Shown one piece after another: positions 19,901-29,201 of a DNA stretch of 64,000 bases. Under the pieces are notes generated by a model. That model was not told the origin of the DNA. It saw nothing but the letters and a program-made list of their open reading frames with translations, and made no database searches. This stretch comes from Verrucomicrobiota bacterium (GTDB taxonomy: Bacteria > Verrucomicrobiota > Verrucomicrobiia > Palsa-1439): assembly GCA_037127585.1 (NCBI GenBank), contig JBAXYB010000001.1, forward strand, positions 9,147 through 73,146. The letters are read 5' to 3'. The translations under genes were made by a program, and so were the position numbers. The first letter of the stretch is position 1, and every line of letters starts with the position of its first letter.

Positions 19901-22256
19901 GATGGCCGGGGGCCAGAATACCGTCAGCAACATGGTCGCAGGGGCACAGAACCAGGGCACTGCATTCTACATTGGCGTTGGCGGCACGCTGGCGGTCACC
20001 GGTGCGAACACGGTGCTGAGCTACATCGGGCTTTTGGACAATCAGCCTTATCCCGGGGCTGGCGTCGCCGGGTTATTGGTGGTGAGTAACCAGGCGCGGG
20101 CGTTCTTCACCGGGGGGGGCGGGGCGAATGCTGTTTTCGCCATTGGGCCAAACGCGACGGTCACGGTGAATAATGCCTCCATGACGTTTTCCAATGAGAT
20201 CGTGGGGGTCGGACACGTTGCCAATTCCTCTGGTTCGACACCCGACTCTCGTGGCACCCTCATCGTCACCAATCAGGGGTATTTGACTGCGGTGAGTGGG
20301 ATCGACCTCGGGGGCAACAGCGGCGGTACTATCATCAGCAATCTGCTGCTTATCGCCGGCGGCGGGGTGGTTAGCAATTATGGCGCCCTCCGTGTCGCCG
20401 GACAAAACGCCAACCTCGAGGGGCTTAACTATGGTAACCACGTGGACATTACTTCGGGCGGCCAGATGATCAACACCAACACGGGCAACAACATTGGATT
20501 TGCGAGCTTTTCCGCCGCAACCATCAGATCGAACAACTACCTGTGGGTGTCGGGGCAGACCTCGACGGGGACGTTCTACCGCGACCTGACCGTAGGATTC
20601 GGCAACGGCTCCCAAGGCACGTCGGTGAACAACTATGTGCAGTTGGACACCGGTGGCACGCTGCTGGCCAGCAACCTGACCGTGTCGTCGGGGGCTGGCG
20701 CCAGCAACAATTACATCCTGGTCAACGGCGGCAACCTCTACGTGACCAACGCGGCGGCGGACGGTGGCGTCCTGGTGGTCGGTCAATCCGGCCAAGCTTC
20801 GCTGACGATTACCAATGGCGGCATGGTCAAAGTCGGCAGCCTGATTGTGACCAACTACGGCACCTACGTCAACACGGTCGCGTTCAACGGCGGCACCCTG
20901 AGCGCGAAGAACATCACCAACAACAATGGCTCGGCGTTCAAGATTGGCAATGGCATCTCAGCGGCGACGCTCAGTGAGCTTGGGGGTCAGAGCTATTTTG
21001 CCAATGGGATCAGCGTTGCCAACAACGGCACCATCACGGGCGGCGGCACCAATTGGCTGGGCAGCACGCTGCAGAACTCCGGGTATATTATTGCCAGTAG
21101 TCCGACCGCGGAACTGGCGTTCACCAACACGGTGGCCGGCATGGCCTTCGGCAATGGCGGCACGCTGATCGCCCAAGCGGGTGCGACGTTGAGTTTCCTC
21201 GGCTCACCCGGCAGCAGCGCGTTGACCAACTACGGCACGATCAACCTGCTCGGCGGCACCGTGCGCGGCACCACGATCACCAATCTGGCGAGCAGCGGCT
21301 GGATTACCGGTTACGGCACCATCAACAACTCCACCGTTTACAACCAGGGCACAATCCTGTTCAACTCCACCACGCCGTTGGTTTTCGGCGGTGGCCAACT
21401 CGTCAACGCCCCCGGCGGCGTGGTGACGGCCAACGTCGGCCGCATTAGCGTCAGCGGCATCTTCACCAATGCCGGCAAGTTCGTGGCGCTCAACAGCGTC
21501 GGCACATTTAACAGTACCGTGGTCAACAGCGGCACGTGGATCACTGATCCGACGACGCTGGTCTTCAACGGGACATTCAGCAATGGGCCAAACGCCTTGA
21601 TTCAAATGGCGCTGGGCGACGTGTACATTTTCAAGAGCAACTTCCTGAACCAAAGTGTGTCGTCGTTGAATTCGACGACGTACGTTGGTCGTTTTGTATT
21701 TGCGGGTGACTCGAACGTGGTGGGCAAACAGACCATGCAAGTGGCCGGGTTGGCGCTGGGCGGGTATGGCAGCACTTTGAACGTCGTGACCCAGAATGAG
21801 TTCTTCACGCACACGGATCTTTCCACCACCCAGACCGGCAACTTTTCGACCAATCGGTTCGACTACGTCCCAACGGATTCGATTACCGGATTCACAAACA
21901 ACTGGGCCTTGAGTGGGTTGGAAGTTGGCAGTCTGTCGATCACGTCGGAACTCTGGTTGGCCGACAGTTTTGCTAGTGGGACGCATACCGCTGGATTGTA
22001 TGTGTCGGAGTTGACGATCAATCCCGGGTCACGGTTGGTGATCAGCAACAACGTGCACTTGTACTTTGGGCGGACGAATTCGGTGTACGGGCTGGCGTTC
22101 GGCAGTTGGGGTGACAATCCCACCGCCAATATCTTGTTGTTGAACGGAGCTGGCTATCATCTGTTAGTGATCCCCGAGCCCGGTGTGGTCATGCTGTGGC
22201 TGGCCGGGGCGGCCACCCTCTGGTCCGCGCGCCGGCGACGCTCCAAAATTTCCTAA
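16986..22256 (+). CDS. Large PEP-CTERM surface protein with autotransporter-associated beta-strand repeats, a glycine-rich domain and a beta-helix
   Basis: Signal peptide (...NVFA/ADS); GLTKSGTGMLVLGTNNTFTG and LVKAGGGTEILTGSNTFSG repeats; Gly-rich block; ends IPEPGVVMLWLAGAATLWSARRRRSKIS. The ORF is open from 16923. Confidence 0.88.
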   Translation: MNMAMPFSRVLKLLTGFNVLAALLLAPPANVFAADSIWTNTTAGGNFGDTTAIWSNGVPGVNDNAIFTNNFAYSVTNVAGASFLNANASFNGTSGIVTGKFGTGTWTLTNSFIVGQNAGNTATVVWVNGTLAVTNGGTAQLIVGGIGSTGSSFNLYGGTAIVNKVTINSGATLNFNGGTLGVGAGGTTVSGTGAVRIAASQTAFVDTMGNNATINSVIQGSNGGLTKSGTGMLVLGTNNTFTGNLTVNAGTVMVMATNTPLANQTVNLTGGSKFTFGQVTTNFTTSFTSSTTWVDPAGVSSANLLVVGGGGGGGGNRGGGGGGGGVTNLTVSLTPGNTYTITVGTGGGGGSANVAGTKGGNSAFSNAVLTALGGGGGGSFGAAATSGGSGGGGDNNSAHFAGGTGTPGQGNAGGTGVANDSAGGGGAGGVGSNGQTGVKGGNGGIGLYFAAFSSYGASGYFGGGGGGGSGSSGNGGGGVAGTGGLGGGANGTTGDNNAAPTAAQANTGGGGGGETGGGSGTGSAGGSGIVLVQWVGQTTANYLLTNVNFSLLTGAILDFSGNNVSIASLAGGDASGIVTNSSSTLASIFTITNATGSATYDGQITGGGAISLVKAGGGTEILTGSNTFSGTVTVNGGTLMLGSLYSLGVSNSVTVSTGGSIVATNAGTSYIVGNGGSNVTVLISGSGSLWTNAGAFVIGSGAATGNVVTVNAGTLAAGALMIGTNGAMRNSLLITNGGQVVGTVASTLGFTANSNTITVAGNGALWNSSAAGITVGTGGSTGNVLNVNSGGSVIANGLTINAGATDWSNFVNVAAGSLFVTNAAGSASLIVGGNGLVLANNGLVVVSSNLVIGATGLGTFTTSGGSIAGVAGQNLSVILGQTTTGTGVFTVASGSTYITNGGNAKLIIGQSGRGTLTLNGGNLIVDQLFMTNNTATTTNSFLTSTSSANVTIQNGSRFNVNLAQLAINGTWLMAGGQNTVSNMVAGAQNQGTAFYIGVGGTLAVTGANTVLSYIGLLDNQPYPGAGVAGLLVVSNQARAFFTGGGGANAVFAIGPNATVTVNNASMTFSNEIVGVGHVANSSGSTPDSRGTLIVTNQGYLTAVSGIDLGGNSGGTIISNLLLIAGGGVVSNYGALRVAGQNANLEGLNYGNHVDITSGGQMINTNTGNNIGFASFSAATIRSNNYLWVSGQTSTGTFYRDLTVGFGNGSQGTSVNNYVQLDTGGTLLASNLTVSSGAGASNNYILVNGGNLYVTNAAADGGVLVVGQSGQASLTITNGGMVKVGSLIVTNYGTYVNTVAFNGGTLSAKNITNNNGSAFKIGNGISAATLSELGGQSYFANGISVANNGTITGGGTNWLGSTLQNSGYIIASSPTAELAFTNTVAGMAFGNGGTLIAQAGATLSFLGSPGSSALTNYGTINLLGGTVRGTTITNLASSGWITGYGTINNSTVYNQGTILFNSTTPLVFGGGQLVNAPGGVVTANVGRISVSGIFTNAGKFVALNSVGTFNSTVVNSGTWITDPTTLVFNGTFSNGPNALIQMALGDVYIFKSNFLNQSVSSLNSTTYVGRFVFAGDSNVVGKQTMQVAGLALGGYGSTLNVVTQNEFFTHTDLSTTQTGNFSTNRFDYVPTDSITGFTNNWALSGLEVGSLSITSELWLADSFASGTHTAGLYVSELTINPGSRLVISNNVHLYFGRTNSVYGLAFGSWGDNPTANILLLNGAGYHLLVIPEPGVVMLWLAGAATLWSARRRRSKIS
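19708..20753 (+). repeat. ~1 kb beta-helix cassette, copy B (copy A at 12834-13858)
   Basis: Near-identical DNA to copy A, with loop substitutions and in-frame indels. Confidence 0.92.
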
Positions 22257-22547
22257 TCAATCTACACGGCCGTGCCAGAACCTCACCGTGCAAAGGCGAC
22301 CCTCACCTGTCAAATTTGCCACACTTACTGGCGCGGCTGTTGTTTTCTTTTGAGACCATTTGCGAGTGCGGAAACACGCCTGGCAATTCGTTGATTGGTG
22401 ATGCTCGCTAACTGTGCACGGACCCTTGCGTGAGGGCGATGTCGGATGACGGGGGGGATGTGATCACTCACAGTACGCAGCTCAGCGCGCAAGGCTTGGT
22501 GCGCCGCTTGTCTAGCGTGGTCCAAACGGACCGGATATAGTCGGCAT

Positions 22548-22750
22548 GTGCCAACCGTTCATCGCGAAGCTGGATTTGTGTTCTACTTCTACTCGGAAGA
22601 AGGGACGGAGCCACCGCCTGTGCATGTGGACAAAGGCGACGGACAACTACGTTATGGCTGCGACCGATCCGGTTGGCTTGGACTGAGGGCATGAAGGCCA
22701 CTGATGTCCGGCACGCCTTGAGGATTGCGGAACAGCAACCGACAAAATGA
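22548..22750 (+). pseudogene. DUF4160-family small protein, frameshifted
   Basis: (V)PTVHREAGFVFYFYSEEGTEPPPVHVDKGDG, continuing in another frame as TLWLRPIRLAWTEGMK...; absent from the ORF track. Confidence 0.65.
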
Positions 22751-22768
22751 CCGCACACCCGTCGATGT

Positions 22769-23050
22769 TCACGCCAACTCTCGCTGTTGTTGCCGGTAGG
22801 CTTGTGGGGTCGAGCCAAATTGGTGGCGGAACAGCCGGTAGAAGTGGCTGAGGTTGGTCAGCCCACAATCGAGCGCGATGTCCATGATTTTGGCATCGCT
22901 CAACGCCAGTTGCCGGGCGGCGTATTGCAGGCGCACGCGGTTGACGAGATCGGAGGGCGTTTCGTGAAGGAGATCGCGGGTGACACGGGCGACGTGTTCG
23001 GCGCTACGACCAGCCAACTTGGCAAACGCCGGCGGAAAAATCGGCCCACG
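22769..23050 (-). pseudogene. AraC-family regulator, C-terminal HTH fragment
   Basis: AGRSAEHVAR...RLQYAARQL...IMDIALDCGLTNLSHFYRLFRHQFGSTPQAYR; no sensor domain. Confidence 0.8.
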
Positions 23051-23052
23051 CG

Positions 23053-23270
23053 ATCGTGCCGGGTGACATTCTGCTGTTGCAACCCGGTGCCAAGATCGCC
23101 GCCGACGCACGGATCATCGAGGCGGTCAATCTACAGATCGAGGAAGCGGCGTTGACCGGCAAATCGCTGCCGGTCGAGAAGCAGACGGCGGTGTTGCCGG
23201 GCGCGTACCTCGCCCTCGGTGACCAGACCAACACGGCCTACGCCGGCACTGCGGCGACTTATTCTCCTGA
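23053..23270 (+). pseudogene. P-type ATPase actuator-domain fragment
   Basis: IVPGDILLLQPGAKIAADARII...IEEAALTGKSLPVEK (degenerate TGES); the rest of the gene is missing. Confidence 0.8.
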
Positions 23271-23291
23271 TACAATGTTATTGCAAATTCG

Positions 23292-24086
23292 TCATGGTGA
23301 CGAAGGAAGTGTGCTTGCATTCGTGGCCGTGACGACCCTGAAAGAACGGTCAAACCATTCGCGCGGTGTCGTGGCTTTTGCTGGCGTGGTCAGTGGGGCC
23401 AGGCAGGGTTCAATCGTCACTTGCACCACGTCCTGCTTGATCAGCAGTCGCCGCGGGCCCGCCGGGCTCATCACCGGGTCGTAGCCGACGATGATTTTCG
23501 GTCGCGGTTCGGGCAACTCCTGAATCTGCTCCGCCGTCAATGGGGGCATTCCAGCAAACGACACGACCGCATCCACGGAGAGGTGTTTATGCAAGAGCCG
23601 ATGGAATTGATCCACGTCCAAGCCCCTCACGATCATTGGTGAAGCGGGGTCGAAAGGGATCGTTTCTTGGCCCAGTAGACTGATCCGTGAGCGCTGTCGG
23701 AGGGTCTCCTGAAAACTTGCAACCATCTTCTCGATGAATGGATTCTTCGTGCGGCTTGTGTCCAATGTCCAGATGACCACCTGCCCTCGCCCTTGCAACA
23801 AGCGGACAGTTTCCTCCGCCACGACTTCACCAATGCCAACAAATGGCGCGAAATTGATCTTCGGCTGGATCCTGACGACCCGGGGACAAAATGACAGTAA
23901 GGATCCACCAATGACCAGTAGGGAGGCGATGACGATGATCCGTTTGCGTGTTTCGCCTTCCTTGAAGTGTACCACCCGACCCAGCAACCGACAGACTGGT
24001 CCCAGACCAATCCAAACGACCGCCCACAACATCGCCAGTACCGCGCAGATAAACTGCCAGATGGCGATCAAAATGAATTTAAGCAT
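23292..24086 (-). CDS. Hypothetical membrane-anchored protein with a possible periplasmic-binding-like domain
   Basis: Two N-terminal hydrophobic segments, then an alpha/beta region (DAVVSFAGMPPL). Confidence 0.5.
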   Translation of the reverse strand: MLKFILIAIWQFICAVLAMLWAVVWIGLGPVCRLLGRVVHFKEGETRKRIIVIASLLVIGGSLLSFCPRVVRIQPKINFAPFVGIGEVVAEETVRLLQGRGQVVIWTLDTSRTKNPFIEKMVASFQETLRQRSRISLLGQETIPFDPASPMIVRGLDVDQFHRLLHKHLSVDAVVSFAGMPPLTAEQIQELPEPRPKIIVGYDPVMSPAGPRRLLIKQDVVQVTIEPCLAPLTTPAKATTPREWFDRSFRVVTATNASTLPSSP

Positions 24087-24237
24087 TATGATCCACCGCC
24101 TGCTGTTTCACAGCTTCCAACCCGGCTCCACCGGTAAGCCAATCGGCCAAGTTGTGCGGTGAAACCATCGTGCGACTGCGCACTTTACGTTTGCGGGTCA
24201 CGGCTTTTTTTCTCATAGTCCCACAAGTAATACAAGA

Positions 24238-24249
24238 TTAAACGATTGA
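24238..24249. promoter_or_regulatory. LacI-type operator-like site upstream of the GH3 remnant
   Basis: TTAAACGATTGA, 2 mismatches from TCAAACGTTTGA, in AT-rich intergenic DNA. Confidence 0.45.
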
Positions 24250-24354
24250 CATAATACAGCACTCATCCAAGAATCTGTCCAATTGATGATGGGTGCAGGT
24301 CAAAGAAACGATGACATTGAAAACCGATTCCCGACCTGATGGAGGTTGTGTGCC

Positions 24355-25221
24355 ATGCACATGAACCAGGCGTGGGTGGATGAGACCTTGGCCGGCCTGA
24401 CTTTGGAAGAGAAAATCGGCCAGGTGATGCTGACCTGCTTCTTCGATTTCAGTAAGGCGAGTTTGCGCGTCAATCTGGATAATCTCCGGCGGGACAAGTT
24501 TGGCGGGATCTTTCATTTCGGCGTTTCGCCGGACATGCTGTCGACGCATCTGGCCAAATACCAAGCGGAATCACGGGTCCCGCTCCTGTTCGCCAGCGAT
24601 TACGAGAGTGGCATCGGCCACATGTTACCGACCGGCGCGCGTTTCCCCCGGCCGATGGCCCGGGGGTTTGCAAGTGATGCCGCCACGGAGTATGAAATCG
24701 GCCGGATCACCGCGGAACAGGGCCGGGCGTTGGGAACGCACATCGCCTTTGCACCGGTTATCGATGTGAATACGGAACACCTCTGTCCAGACGTCAACGT
24801 TCGCGCTTACGGGGAGGATGTGGAGACCGTTTGACGGCTGGCGGTGCCGCTGATCAAGGGGATGCAGGAAAACGGGATGCTGGCCACGGTCAAGCACTTC
24901 CCCGGCAACTGCGGCACCGACTTGGATCAGCATATCTGCACGGCAACCATTGCGGCGTCGCGCGAAGAAATGGGCCGTGTTTACCTGGAGCCGTACCGCC
25001 GGGTCTTCCAGGAGACCGATGTGGCCGCCGTGATGGTGGCCCATCTGGAAGTGCCGGCGCTGACCACCGAACGGCATCCCCGAACCGGCCGGTTGATGCC
25101 CGCCTCGCTCTCCAAGGAAGTCATTACCGGCGTGCTTCGTAACGAACTTGGATTTGATGGCTTGGTGATCCCCGCGAACAAGCTTGGCAAACAGAATCAA
25201 GTCAAAGTGGTCTTGGGATAA
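24355..25221 (+). pseudogene. GH3 (beta-hexosaminidase/beta-glucosidase) N-terminal domain, disrupted and truncated
   Basis: LTLEEKIGQ, PLLFASDYESG, FAPVIDVN, VKHFPG, LRNELGFDGLVI; in-frame TGA at 24832; homology ends abruptly after GLVI. Confidence 0.85.
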
Positions 25222-25336
25222 CCCGAGGAACCGCCGATGAAGCTGGCCGGATCCAACTGGACGTTTGGTCCAAATGTGGATTGGTGCGCCACGAAAGGTT
25301 AGGCGTGCCAGATTGATGCCATCCGCGAGGATCTCC

Positions 25337-26257
25337 TCAACGGCGGAGGGATCGCTCCGTGCGGCGCCGGCCGTCCTGGCGGTTTTGCATCATGCTGGGC
25401 GGCACACCCAGGACGCGTTTGAAGGTGCGGCTGAACGTGTACACGGAGGTGAACCCGCAGGCCGCGGCAGCTTCCGTTACCGTGAGCCGTCCTTCTTGCA
25501 GGCGGAGAGCGGCCGACCGGCAGCGCGTCTCGCGCACGTATCGGCCCAGACTTAATCCGAACTGCTGCCGGAAAACGGCGCGCAGATGGCTTTCCGAACA
25601 GCCGATCCCGCGCGCCAATTCGGCCAAGTGCACCGGTCCGTCGCGATGCGCATGCAACCACTCGTTGATCCGCCGCAACACCACGGCCGGCCCGGCCGGC
25701 GCGGGGACCGTTGGGACCGGAGTCACCCGGCGCAGGGACAACAGCAGCAGCGCCACCAGTACGGCCAACCGCGCGGCGCGCAGCGAACTGAGGTCGGCCG
25801 GCTGCCACAGGGCCAGAACCTCGCCTAGCACCCGCCGTCCGTCGAGTGACAGGCGGCCGGGTTGAGGTGGGGCGGCGCCGGCGTCGGCCGTTGGCAACTC
25901 GAAAGTCAAAAATAGCCAGTGGATCGGGCCCGGTGTGATGGATCGGTACTGATGCAGGCGCAGCGGTGGCACCAAAAGCGTCCGTCCCGGCCGCAGCGGA
26001 TAGTCATTCTCGTCCACCACCATCCGGCCCCTGCCCTGCAACGGGATCACCAGCACCCAGCGATGATGGAAATGCGGCTGCAACGATCCGTCCCGCAGTT
26101 CTTCCACGGATCTTCGGCAAAACAACACGATGCTGTCCGGCACAATGAATGACGGGCACGGCGGGCCATGGGAATAGTCCCGCGGCGGGACAAGCCGGTC
26201 AATGGTCCGGAGCAGATCCGGCAGTGTGGGTTTACGATTATGGCGATACCGGGTCAT
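25337..26257 (-). CDS. AraC-family transcriptional regulator with a cupin sensor domain
   Basis: HFHHRWVLVI cupin; LAELARGIGCSESHLRAVFR and AAAACGFTSVYTFSRTFKR HTH; the ORF is open to 26290. Confidence 0.88.
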   Translation of the reverse strand: MTRYRHNRKPTLPDLLRTIDRLVPPRDYSHGPPCPSFIVPDSIVLFCRRSVEELRDGSLQPHFHHRWVLVIPLQGRGRMVVDENDYPLRPGRTLLVPPLRLHQYRSITPGPIHWLFLTFELPTADAGAAPPQPGRLSLDGRRVLGEVLALWQPADLSSLRAARLAVLVALLLLSLRRVTPVPTVPAPAGPAVVLRRINEWLHAHRDGPVHLAELARGIGCSESHLRAVFRQQFGLSLGRYVRETRCRSAALRLQEGRLTVTEAAAACGFTSVYTFSRTFKRVLGVPPSMMQNRQDGRRRTERSLRR

Positions 26258-26324
26258 CGGAATTGCTAACAGATTCGTCGGCCCGGCCATGGCTTGTCAA
26301 GCACGATTGCGTTAGAAAAAAAAC

Positions 26325-27653
26325 ATGGAGACTGGTTGCGTGAAATTCCCGGCCCCCCTTGATGCCGATTTTCAACCGGCCGTGCTCGCTGCTCGCCGCC
26401 ATCGCCGTCAGGCGGCCGTGCCGCTGGTCATTGCCTTGGAGCGCGAAGGCGGTCGAGTGTCGCGATACGAAACGGTCGTCAACCCCGATGCCCCCGCAGC
26501 GGCCCGGTCTATCGACCGGCTCGTGAAGTTTCTGCTCTGGGCGCGGGGCGGGTGGCGGTTGTATTTGGACGGACCGCGCGCGGTGGGCGAACGTGTGACC
26601 GTGCGCGATTTTGACCGGCAGATCATGGAGCGGATTTACGAGCGGCCCTTTGAAATCGTCCTCGGGGCCGCGCCGCCGGCCCAGGAAGCCGTCGCAAGAC
26701 TTGGCGGGCACCGCGACGGTTGCCGTCTGGGATTCGATCTGGGGGCGAGCGACTACAAGGTCGCGGCGGTGGTGGATGGAGAGGCGGTGTTCAGCGCCGA
26801 GTTTCCGTGGGATCCGGTGACGCAGCCCGATCCGGAGTATCATTATCGGCTGCTCCACGACGGATTGAAGAAGGCCGCGGCGCATTTACCGCGCGTCGAG
26901 GCCATCGGCGGCAGCACGGCCGGCGCGGTGGTGGACAACCAACTCAGGTCTGCATCGTTGTTCCGCAGCGTGCCGGCAGCGGACTTTGCGCGGGCGAAGA
27001 CGATTTTCCTCCGGTTGCGCGACGAATGGCGCGTGCCGGTTGCGGTGGCCAACGACGGCGATGTCACCGCGCTGGCAGGCGCGATGACGCTCGGCGTGAC
27101 CGGCCTGTTGGGTGTCGCGATGGGGTCGAGTCAGGCGGCCGGATGGATTGACCGGCAAGGAATGATGACCGGCTGGATCAATGAATTGGCGTTCACGCCG
27201 GTCGACGAGAATCCGCAAGCGGCCGTGGATGAATGGTCGGGTGACCGGGGCGTGGGCGCGCAGTATTTCTCGCAGCAGGCGGTGAACAAGCTCTTGCCGG
27301 CGGCGGGGATCGCGGTGCCGGCCGGGATGCCGTTGCCGGAACGGTTGCTGGAAGTGCAGGCGTTGATGGCAAGGGGCGATCGGCGGGCGGAGAAAATCTA
27401 TGAGACCCTGGGCGTCTATCTCGGTTACACGGTGCCGCACTATGCGGAGTTTTACGAATTGGCGCATCTGCTCGTGCTCGGTCGGGTGACGACCGGCGAA
27501 GGCGGCAATATCATCTTGGCGAAGGCGCGCGAGGTCCTGGGCGCGGAATTCCCGGAAGTGGCGGCGCGGGTGGCGTTGCATCTGCCGGATGAAAAGACCA
27601 AGCGCTTGGGGCAAGCCGTGGCGGCCGCCAGTTTACCGGAGATTCGACGATGA
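26325..27653 (+). CDS. ROK-family sugar kinase-like protein
   Basis: LGFDLGASDYKVAAV, VANDGDVTALAG, AMGSSQAAG, DEWSGDRGVG. Confidence 0.85.
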   Translation: METGCVKFPAPLDADFQPAVLAARRHRRQAAVPLVIALEREGGRVSRYETVVNPDAPAAARSIDRLVKFLLWARGGWRLYLDGPRAVGERVTVRDFDRQIMERIYERPFEIVLGAAPPAQEAVARLGGHRDGCRLGFDLGASDYKVAAVVDGEAVFSAEFPWDPVTQPDPEYHYRLLHDGLKKAAAHLPRVEAIGGSTAGAVVDNQLRSASLFRSVPAADFARAKTIFLRLRDEWRVPVAVANDGDVTALAGAMTLGVTGLLGVAMGSSQAAGWIDRQGMMTGWINELAFTPVDENPQAAVDEWSGDRGVGAQYFSQQAVNKLLPAAGIAVPAGMPLPERLLEVQALMARGDRRAEKIYETLGVYLGYTVPHYAEFYELAHLLVLGRVTTGEGGNIILAKAREVLGAEFPEVAARVALHLPDEKTKRLGQAVAAASLPEIRR

Positions 27654-28498
27654 AATTTCACAACCCGACTGCGGACGTATTCGTGCCGGATGGTCAACCC
27701 TTGGACCGGGCGCTGGCGCGCGTGACGCACCTCGGCATTGGCGCACACCCGGACGATCTGGAGTTCGGAGTGTTGCACGGGATCATTGCCGGGTACGAGC
27801 ATCGATGTTTCGCCGGAGTGACCTGCACCAATGGCGCCGGCAGCGCCCGCACCGGTCCGTTTGCCAACCATACCGACGAACAGATGATGGCCGTGCGCCG
27901 CCAGGAACAGAAGCGCGCCGCCGCGATCGGCCAGTACGCGGCTATCTTTCAACTGGATTATCCGAGCCGCGCGGTGAAAGATCCAAACAATGTTTCGCTC
28001 CGCGATGATCTCCAGCAAATCCTCGCGGCGACCCGGCCCCAGGTTGTTTACACGCACAACCCGGCTGACAAACACGAAACGCACATCGGCGTGATGATTG
28101 CGGCGTTGCAGGCGCTGCGGGCGTTACCGGCCCAGGATCGCCCGGAAAAAGTGTACGGCTACGAAAGCTGGCGCAGTCTGGATTGGTTGTCGGATGCGCA
28201 CAAGGTGGTGCTGGATGAAAGCGGCCACGTAAAACTATTCGAACAACTGGCGGCAGTGTTTGCGTCGCAAATTGCCGGCGGCAAACGCTACGATGTGGCC
28301 ATCCTCGGCCGCCGTCGCGCCAACGCGACCATGTTGGATTCGCATGCGGCGGACACCACCACGGAGGCCACATTTGCGCTGGACCTGACGCCGTTGGTCA
28401 CCGACCCGACGCGCGACATGATTGGCTACGTGATGGGCTTCATCGATGAATTTCGGGAAGATGTCAGAAGTAAATTACAGAAACGAATATACCCCTAA
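27650..28498 (+). CDS. PIG-L/LmbE-family de-N-acetylase
   Basis: GAHPDDLE, RRQEQKRAA, HNPADKHETH; ATGA overlap with the ROK gene. Confidence 0.85.
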   Translation: MKFHNPTADVFVPDGQPLDRALARVTHLGIGAHPDDLEFGVLHGIIAGYEHRCFAGVTCTNGAGSARTGPFANHTDEQMMAVRRQEQKRAAAIGQYAAIFQLDYPSRAVKDPNNVSLRDDLQQILAATRPQVVYTHNPADKHETHIGVMIAALQALRALPAQDRPEKVYGYESWRSLDWLSDAHKVVLDESGHVKLFEQLAAVFASQIAGGKRYDVAILGRRRANATMLDSHAADTTTEATFALDLTPLVTDPTRDMIGYVMGFIDEFREDVRSKLQKRIYP

Positions 28499-28512
28499 CC
28501 AGGAGACAGTTC

Positions 28513-29079
28513 ATGCAGGTTGGATTCTACGGGCATGTTCGGCAGTATCACAATCTCAAGGCGGAGATTGACGCCAACATCGCCAAGGTGTTGGAAAGCG
28601 GCGAGTATGTTCATGGACCGATGAACCAGCAGTTCGAGAAGGAACTCGCGGCGTTCCACGGCATGAAATACGCCATCGGCAACGGCAGCGGCACCGACGC
28701 GATCTGGCTGGCGTTGATGGCGCTCGGCATCGGACCGGGCGACGAGGTCATCACCAACGGCGGTTGGCGCGCCGTGACCAGGACCGGCGGTTATCAGAGT
28801 GGCCCCGGCGTGATGGACTACGTGGCCGACATGCCACCGTACATCCAGCAAATGGCCGACTGGCTCGACGACGACCAACGCGTGCATCCATGCGCGTTGG
28901 CCCATGCGTATTCGGGTTTCGAAATCATGGCGGCGTTGTACCGGTCGGCGGCGGAAGGCGGTCAGGTTTCGCTGCCGCTCACGACCGGCGCGGATGAGAT
29001 CGCGTTGCTGAAGGAGAAAGTGCCGGCGCGCAAAGTGTTGTTTTCGATTCCCGAAAGCGCGCAGGAGTTCCCGGGCTAA
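28513..29079 (+). pseudogene. In-frame chimera: DegT/DnrJ aminotransferase N-terminus fused to a probable Gfo/Idh/MocA oxidoreductase C-terminus
   Basis: First ~80 aa: FEKELAAF..AIGNGSGTDAIWLALMALGIGPGDEVIT; then a switch to NGGWRAV...GFEIMAALYRSAAEGGQVSLPL. Confidence 0.7.
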
Positions 29080-29201
29080 ATGGAAGTCATCATCCAATCC
29101 GATTGGAAAAGAGTCTCCAGACAGAGCGGCGGCGGGGAAGTTGAGAAATCCCCGTAGGATTGTTGGATCCAAGAAATCAAGAAAGGCGCAAACCAATGAA
29201 G

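Noticed and set aside
12834-20753. Diversity-generating retroelement (TR/VR pair)
   Set aside because: Both copies are coding, the differences include indels and all four bases, the repeat is ~1 kb, and no reverse transcriptase is present
4744-24834. TGA recoding (Trp or Sec) suggested by in-frame TGA at 4744 and 24832
   Set aside because: Many intact genes end in TGA and use TGG for Trp; both affected genes carry additional lesions
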